The translations under genes and the position numbers were made by a program. DNA of 64,000 bases from NCBI GenBank assembly GCA_965248435.1, contig OZ252100.1, forward strand, positions 4,128,001 through 4,192,000, read 5' to 3'. Of the stretch, positions 58,583-64,000 are shown one piece after another. The notes beneath the pieces are model-generated. The model searched no databases and was not told where the DNA came from. It saw nothing but the letters and a program-made list of their open reading frames with translations. Within the stretch, counting starts at the first letter, position 1. Every line of letters begins with the position of its first letter. The DNA is from Candidatus Latescibacterota bacterium. GTDB taxonomy: Bacteria > Latescibacterota > UBA2968 > GCA-2709665.

Positions 58583-59011
58583 TCACCGGTCTATCCGATG
58601 TGAATCCCAGTCTCGGTAGGGCATCGAGGCGTGCGTGTGGGCGAGCTTCCAGCTTCCGTTTCTCGCGAGCAACACCACGCTCATCCTCTCACCCTCCAGG
58701 CGATACCGTTCTCCTTCGGCGTTCCCTTCCCCGTCCCAGAGAAAGAATCCCCAGGCAACATCGCCGCGGACTCTGATCCGAGTGTTTCGCCGGAAGATCC
58801 GAACGTCTGACCACTTCGCAGTGTGGCGCTTCCAAACGTCAAGAACGTCCTTCCGTCCTCTGACAGGTTCGGGCATTCCAGAGAAGACCGCCGTTGCTTC
58901 CTCGCAGAAGAGCCGCGAGAGCGTGTCCAGGTCGGCCTGCGAGACTGCGTCTTCGAATGCCTGCAGGAGATTCTCGATGGCCTGGATCTGGTCCTGGCAC
59001 CCAGGCGCCAT
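58583..59011 (-). CDS. NTF2/SnoaL-like family protein
   Basis: DLDTLSRLF, RGDVAW, GSWKLAHTHAS. Confidence 0.85.
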   Translation of the reverse strand: MAPGCQDQIQAIENLLQAFEDAVSQADLDTLSRLFCEEATAVFSGMPEPVRGRKDVLDVWKRHTAKWSDVRIFRRNTRIRVRGDVAWGFFLWDGEGNAEGERYRLEGERMSVVLLARNGSWKLAHTHASMPYRDWDSHRIDR

Positions 59012-59013
59012 CC

Positions 59014-59361
59014 CTATTTCTTGTCCTGGATCTTGCAACAGTCGGGAAGTGCTCCGTAGGCCTCGGGATCCGCCTTTGTCTCATTTGCGGTGTAGCCCGC
59101 GGAGGCCACGGTCATCTCCAACTGGGCAAGGTCTGTCTTGCCGGCCAAATATCGAACTTCTGCCATCTGCTTCTTTTGGTCCACGTTGATTTCTTCCACT
59201 CCGGGAAGCTGCTTCAGTGCATCGGAGACCGTCTTCGCGCACGCCGAGCACTGGATCGTGGGAAGCTTAATCTGAGCGATGCGGGCATCCGTTTCGGAAC
59301 TGCATCCGCTTTGAAGGCCAACAAAGAATAAAAAGATAGAAATCAGAGCAGCGAGACGCAT
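59014..59361 (-). CDS. Periplasmic or lipoprotein heavy-metal-associated (HMA, MerP/CopZ-like) protein
   Basis: Signal peptide; TIQCSAC; AGY; C-terminal LPDCCK. Confidence 0.88.
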   Translation of the reverse strand: MRLAALISIFLFFVGLQSGCSSETDARIAQIKLPTIQCSACAKTVSDALKQLPGVEEINVDQKKQMAEVRYLAGKTDLAQLEMTVASAGYTANETKADPEAYGALPDCCKIQDKK

Positions 59362-59437
59362 AGCGATATCCTTTGTAAGTCAGGTTGAGAGTGGCAGATG
59401 TACCATGCAGAATTCATACGGGATTGTCAAGAAACCA

Positions 59438-59464
59438 ACAAAAAAAGACGGCCCAGGGGCCGCC
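59438..59464 (-). terminator. Rho-independent terminator
   Basis: Minus strand ggcggccc-ct-gggccgtc-ttttttt. Confidence 0.65.
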
Positions 59465-59497
59465 ATTTGGTCGAGGATAATTGCCTTGTCGTGAATT

Positions 59498-61141
59498 TCA
59501 CACGTGCTGTTCGACCGATATTTCAGGTTGATCCCCTTTTGCCCCAAGTGATCTTTGGACCAAACGCATCTGTTCCTGAGCAACCCGCAAAGTCACCCCA
59601 ACCACTTCACTCAGTTGTGTCAACTGCTCAGAGATATGGGACCCAATCTCAGACTGGCCGACGGCTATTTCCGCCAACAGCTCTGTCCTTTTGTTGAGAT
59701 CGCTCAAATCGCGATCGATACGCTCCAACGCAGCCTCTGCCCGCTTTGCAACGCGACCACCTGACCGGACGTCCGCCTTGTCCTCTTCCCAACGGCCTAA
59801 AGTGTCGTCTACTTCCGATCGGGTGCGGTCCAACTTCCCAACCACGAGCCTGCTAAGTCTGGACGCTTCCTTGCCCAGCCTCCGAATCTCTTCAACGACG
59901 ACTTTCATTCCGGCTCCGGCATCACCGGCGCGACTTACTTCCATGCGCGCTTCCAGAGCCATATGCTCAATAGACTGCCCAAAGTTCTTCACGAACTCAG
60001 GAATGACATCGGCTTCGTTGAGCGCCTTGCGGAGACGTTTGATGTGAACGGTCGAAGCACGCGCTCTTTCGACTCTCCCATTCAGCTCATTTATCAGGTC
60101 CCATAGCGACTCGGATCTTTCCGCGGTCAAATAGGCTGTATTTTGAGTACGCTGCCGCGTCTCTTCCACGTAGCGGCGAAGATTCTCTCCCTCGTTGCAC
60201 AGGGCTTCTACCATAGAAGTGATCGTAGAAACACGGTCAGAAAGCAGTCTGACACTGCGGCCGACCAGCGAGGAACCTCGTTCCAAGCGTGCGGCTGCGG
60301 CGGCAGCTGCGCCATTTGAGGAAGTTCCCGCCCGGTGTTCCTGCAGGGAGGCTGCCGTGCTTTCCTCGAGGGTTTCGGCCGCAATCTCCCCGGGTTCGTC
60401 TACGACCTGCCATATGAGCATAGGACCGATATAGTCCCCTTCAGAGTTGTAGACGGCGTTGGCGTTGAGTTCTACTTCGTAAGGTCCGACAGAGACGCTG
60501 GTTTCCCAGGGCATGAGATCGGGATCAGACAGGATTCTACGTGCTGCTTCTTCGTCCGGATAGAGCAGGGTGAGGGACCTGCCAACGACGACTTCGGCGT
60601 TCCAGGTGAGGAAGGAGGACAACTGTTGCAACCCGGACTCGGATGCGGCGTTCTGGTAGACGATATTCAGCTCCGCGTCAGCCATGGCGACACCGAGGGG
60701 TGCCGAGTCGACCAGCGCGTGGAACCTGTCGCAATCTTGAACCTGTTCGACGAGACACTGCCGCGCTTTTTCGGCAGACTGTTTTTCCTCAGTCACTTCA
60801 CGGATCTGGATCTCCAGATCCTCCATCATCTCATTGAAGGCCAGGGCCATCTGCTGCATCTCGTCCGGGCCCTCAACAGGTAGCCTGGGATTGAGGTCTC
60901 CTGCCCTCATCATCGCGAACGTGTCCGTCAAGGTCAGGATGGGATTCAATCCTCTTTCCAAAAGCCCGTGCAGGGCCATGCCGCACAGCCCGATGAAGAC
61001 GAAGGCGGCGATGCCTAGATGAACCTCCTGAATCTGCTCGGTGGCCTCCTTCAAAAACCGGGCACCGAACCAACCCGAAGCCAACGCGAGCAGGATCAAT
61101 CCCGTCGCCACGAGAGATATGCGGAGCTTAAGATTTCTCAT
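59498..61141 (-). CDS. Divergent methyl-accepting chemotaxis-like protein (TM-HAMP-PAS-MA)
   Basis: HAMP DEMQQMALAFNEM; Aer2-like PAS; tip ALEARMEVSRAGDAGAGMKVVVEEIRRL. Confidence 0.8.
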   Translation of the reverse strand: MRNLKLRISLVATGLILLALASGWFGARFLKEATEQIQEVHLGIAAFVFIGLCGMALHGLLERGLNPILTLTDTFAMMRAGDLNPRLPVEGPDEMQQMALAFNEMMEDLEIQIREVTEEKQSAEKARQCLVEQVQDCDRFHALVDSAPLGVAMADAELNIVYQNAASESGLQQLSSFLTWNAEVVVGRSLTLLYPDEEAARRILSDPDLMPWETSVSVGPYEVELNANAVYNSEGDYIGPMLIWQVVDEPGEIAAETLEESTAASLQEHRAGTSSNGAAAAAAARLERGSSLVGRSVRLLSDRVSTITSMVEALCNEGENLRRYVEETRQRTQNTAYLTAERSESLWDLINELNGRVERARASTVHIKRLRKALNEADVIPEFVKNFGQSIEHMALEARMEVSRAGDAGAGMKVVVEEIRRLGKEASRLSRLVVGKLDRTRSEVDDTLGRWEEDKADVRSGGRVAKRAEAALERIDRDLSDLNKRTELLAEIAVGQSEIGSHISEQLTQLSEVVGVTLRVAQEQMRLVQRSLGAKGDQPEISVEQHV

Positions 61142-61216
61142 TGCTGTCTCCTCCCGAAAAGGAGGGAAGGCCCTTGGCGTTTTGTTCGTGCACTGCTTCT
61201 ACAGATCTCTATCTTA

Positions 61217-61243
61217 ATATCGTCATTTTTTATAAGACCTTGA
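61217..61243 (-). promoter_or_regulatory. Putative sigma28 (FliA) promoter
   Basis: TCAA-N15-GACGATAT versus consensus TAAA-N15-GCCGATAA, upstream of the MCP-like gene. Confidence 0.5.
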
Positions 61244-61361
61244 GAAGTCTTGGGTTATATATGTTGGGCCTTCTCGTTCTACGCGGTGCAATCTTGCGGT
61301 GTGATCAATTTAACTTTCCATCAATTTATGTCAACCCTAAAGCCCGTGCAGGACAACAAAG

Positions 61362-61389
61362 AAAAGCCTCCGCGATGCGCGGAGGCTTT
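61362..61389 (-). terminator. Rho-independent terminator
   Basis: aaaagcctccgcg-atg-cgcggaggcttt. Confidence 0.8.
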
Positions 61390-61481
61390 CTAGGTTTTTG
61401 AGTCTTTCCCTCATCCTATTCGGAAGGTATCGCCAGCTTCCGACAACTGAGGGGGTGGTTTCGAAAAGAGAAGACGGCCCT

Positions 61482-61769
61482 TTATCTTCTGCGCTTCTTG
61501 GCAGCCTTCTTAGCCTTCTTGGCTTTCTTAGCCTTCTTGGCCTTCTTAGCCTTCTTGGCCTTCTTGGCCTTCTTGGCCTTCTTAGCAGGCTTCTTGGCCT
61601 TCTTGGCCTTCTTAGCCTTCTTAGCCTTCTTAGCCTTCTTAGCCTTCTTGGCCTTCTTGGCCTTCTTGGCCTTCTTGGCCTTCTTGGCCTTCTTGGCCTT
61701 CTTGGCCTTCTTAGCCTTCTTGGCCTTCTTGGCTTTCTTGGCCTTCTTAGCTTTCTTGGCCTTCGGCAT
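61482..61769 (-). CDS. Histone H1-like (AKK)n protein, 95 aa
   Basis: GAGGAGGT RBS; 9-bp tandem repeat varying synonymously in this frame; terminator downstream. Confidence 0.85.
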   Translation of the reverse strand: MPKAKKAKKAKKAKKAKKAKKAKKAKKAKKAKKAKKAKKAKKAKKAKKAKKAKKAKKAKKPAKKAKKAKKAKKAKKAKKAKKAKKAKKAAKKRRR

Positions 61770-62063
61770 CGCGTTCACCTCCTCACTTTGAAATTTTCAG
61801 GAAGGTTCCCCTTCCCTTAAGTTGCATGAATCTATCACGTGAAACTGAATTTTCTTATTTCAAATTTGAATATAAGACCGTTTAAGGTTGAGAATCAAGT
61901 CTAATCTTTAATTTTCCGACTTTTTCTTTCGCTTCTGAATCGTGCGAATTCGTCTTGCGCTGGAGTTTTCGCCTATGTAATTTGGCCGAGGTGAATGTGA
62001 AGATTGAGAAATTATTCTGGCGTACTCGTACGATCAATCTTGAACACACGGTGGGAAATCAAG

Positions 62064-63884
62064 ATGACAGAACGTTCAGTTGAGAAGTCGAGCGCAGCGG
62101 GGATTGGTTGGGACCTGAGTGATCTCTATGCAGGGACGGACGACCCTTTGCTCAATAGGGATCTGGAAGCGGCACTGAGGCGGGCAAAAGAATTCGAACG
62201 CGATTACAGAGGGAAGATTCGCGACGAAGAAGGTCTCACGCCCGCAAAGCTTTTTGAAGCGCTTACCGAATACGAGAAAATCTTGGAACAGGTCGGGCGC
62301 GTGCTCTCATATTCCCATCTTCTCCACGCTGCTCAAAGCGATGACCAGGAGCGTGGCGCCCTTCTTCAGTCCGTGCGTGAGCGCAGCACAGATATTCGTA
62401 AGCACCTAATATTCTTCGAGCTTGAGTGGCTCGAAGTCCCGGAAAGCAGAGCGGAGTCCCTGCTTGGCGCCCCCGAGATTTCGCGCTACCGCCACTACCT
62501 GGAGAAGGAGCTTCACTTCCGTCCACATCGACTTACAGAACCAGAGGAAAAGATTCTTGAAGAGAAGGCCAACACGGGATCACGAGCTTTCGTTCGGCTG
62601 TTCGACGAAACACTATCCGCCGCTCGGTTTCAGATTGAGTGTGATGGTGAGGTGAGAGAAATGAACGAGCAGCAGGTACTCGCGCTGCTCTATCATCCGG
62701 ACCAGGATCAGAGGCGTGCAGCGTCGGAAGGTCTCACCGGAGGACTTCGCTCCCACAGCCAACTGCTTACTTATATCTTCAATGTTGTTGTTCTGGATCA
62801 CAAAGTGGATGATGGTCTGCGATCGTATCAGACGCCAATGGCTTCACGGAATCTCTCGAACGAGATTGACCAGGAGAGAGTTGATACCCTGTTGACCGCC
62901 AGCGAATCCGGGCACGACATCGTTCAGCGATATTACAGGTTCAAGGCGCGTCTCCTGGGTTTGGATCGATTGTTTGACTACGATCGATACGCACCGACGT
63001 TTCCGGATCCTCCCGCGTGTGGCTGGGAGCGAAGTCGAAGCATCGTCGAGACTGCGTACTCCGGCTTCGACGAGAGAGCGGGAGAGATCGTGCGTGCATT
63101 CTTCAAAAACTCGTGGATCGATGCGGACCCGCGGCTCGGCAAGCGGGGCGGCGCCTTCTGCTCCAGTACGGTTCCCTCAGTGCATCCCTATATCCTTGTA
63201 AATTATACGGATCGGATCCGAGATGTGATGACGGTGGCCCACGAGCTGGGTCACGGCATCCATCAGTCTCTTGGAAGCGAACGGGGATACCTCCAAAGCA
63301 ATTCACCGTTGACACTCGCGGAAACTGCGAGTGTGTTCGGGGAGATGCTGGTTTTTCATCGTCTAATGGAGCTTGAAACGGATCCGGAGGTTCGTCTCGG
63401 CCTGCTCTGCAGCAAGCTGGAAGATGCCTTTGCGACTGCTTTTCGTCAGGTGGTGCTTACGCGGTTCGAGCAGAAGCTACACGCCGCGCGGCGCGAAGAG
63501 GGGGAACTTTCAGCGGACAGAATCGGTCACCTCTGGATCGAGGCAAACGGGCCGATGCACGGCGACTCGGTGGAACTCACGGAGAACTACTCTTGCTGGT
63601 GGATGTACATCCCCCATTTCATCCATACGCCATTTTACTGCTATGCCTACGCCTTTGGCGAACTCCTGGTCCTGGCGCTTTACCAGAAGTATCGGGAAGA
63701 GGGGCGAGACTTCGTTCCACGCTACTTCAACCTCCTTTCCGCGGGTGGATCGGAGGCCCCAGAAATCCTTCTCAAGAAAATGGGAGTAGACATCACCGAT
63801 TCTGATTTTTTCAAGGGCGGCCTGGGAATTCTTCGGGAAATGCTCGAGGAGGCGGAGGATTTAGGCAAGGCTATACATAAATAG
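62064..63884 (+). CDS. pepF: M3 family oligoendopeptidase F
   Basis: WDLSDLY, GKRGGAF, AHELGH, AETAS, FYCYAYAFG. Confidence 0.92.
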   Translation: MTERSVEKSSAAGIGWDLSDLYAGTDDPLLNRDLEAALRRAKEFERDYRGKIRDEEGLTPAKLFEALTEYEKILEQVGRVLSYSHLLHAAQSDDQERGALLQSVRERSTDIRKHLIFFELEWLEVPESRAESLLGAPEISRYRHYLEKELHFRPHRLTEPEEKILEEKANTGSRAFVRLFDETLSAARFQIECDGEVREMNEQQVLALLYHPDQDQRRAASEGLTGGLRSHSQLLTYIFNVVVLDHKVDDGLRSYQTPMASRNLSNEIDQERVDTLLTASESGHDIVQRYYRFKARLLGLDRLFDYDRYAPTFPDPPACGWERSRSIVETAYSGFDERAGEIVRAFFKNSWIDADPRLGKRGGAFCSSTVPSVHPYILVNYTDRIRDVMTVAHELGHGIHQSLGSERGYLQSNSPLTLAETASVFGEMLVFHRLMELETDPEVRLGLLCSKLEDAFATAFRQVVLTRFEQKLHAARREEGELSADRIGHLWIEANGPMHGDSVELTENYSCWWMYIPHFIHTPFYCYAYAFGELLVLALYQKYREEGRDFVPRYFNLLSAGGSEAPEILLKKMGVDITDSDFFKGGLGILREMLEEAEDLGKAIHK

Positions 63885-63922
63885 AGGGGTTCAGGCACTT
63901 GTCTGAAAACAGCCTGAAAACG

Positions 63923-63967
63923 CGAAACGCCCGGTGTTCTGGACTGGCACACCGGGCGTTTCGTTTG
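63923..63967 (+). terminator. Rho-independent terminator
   Basis: cgaaacgcccggtg...caccgggcgtttcg-ttt. Confidence 0.75.
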
Positions 63968-64000
63968 TACGGAACAGTCTTATTGGAAGCGGCTGCCTGC

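Noticed and set aside
61398-61820. Plus-strand (LLG)n and (FLA)n ORFs
   Set aside because: Antisense frames of the AKK repeat; the RBS and terminator support the minus-strand frame

Overview
Bacterial chromosomal window, GC-rich in coding regions. The gene content suggests a carbohydrate-degrading, uncultured-type lineage (a Latescibacterota/FCB-like guess, not proven). Left to right it holds: a partial Asp-box (sialidase-like) gene; an accessory cluster (GNAT, VOC, sensor kinase, MBL hydrolase, O-methyltransferase, duplicated PhyH dioxygenases, a HigBA-like toxin-antitoxin pair, several pseudogenes); an NHEJ operon ligD-ku followed by a TPR gene carrying a QLDLF clamp-binding-like motif; two receiver proteins; and a 17-kb tandem array of TEN paralogous ~520-aa GHL10-like TIM-barrel proteins. 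The array copies are segmentally mosaic, their spacers carry small palindromic or heptamer repeats, and the array is flanked by sugar-catabolism genes. The right half holds a sigma-70 factor, tRNA-Leu(CAA), nfeD-floA-yqfB-like genes, tRNA-Met(CAT), a porin/cupredoxin/hybrid-kinase cluster, redox enzymes, an HMA protein, a divergent chemoreceptor, an almost pure (AKK)n histone-H1-like protein and a PepF-type oligoendopeptidase. All family calls come from motif recognition by eye; no database search was run.
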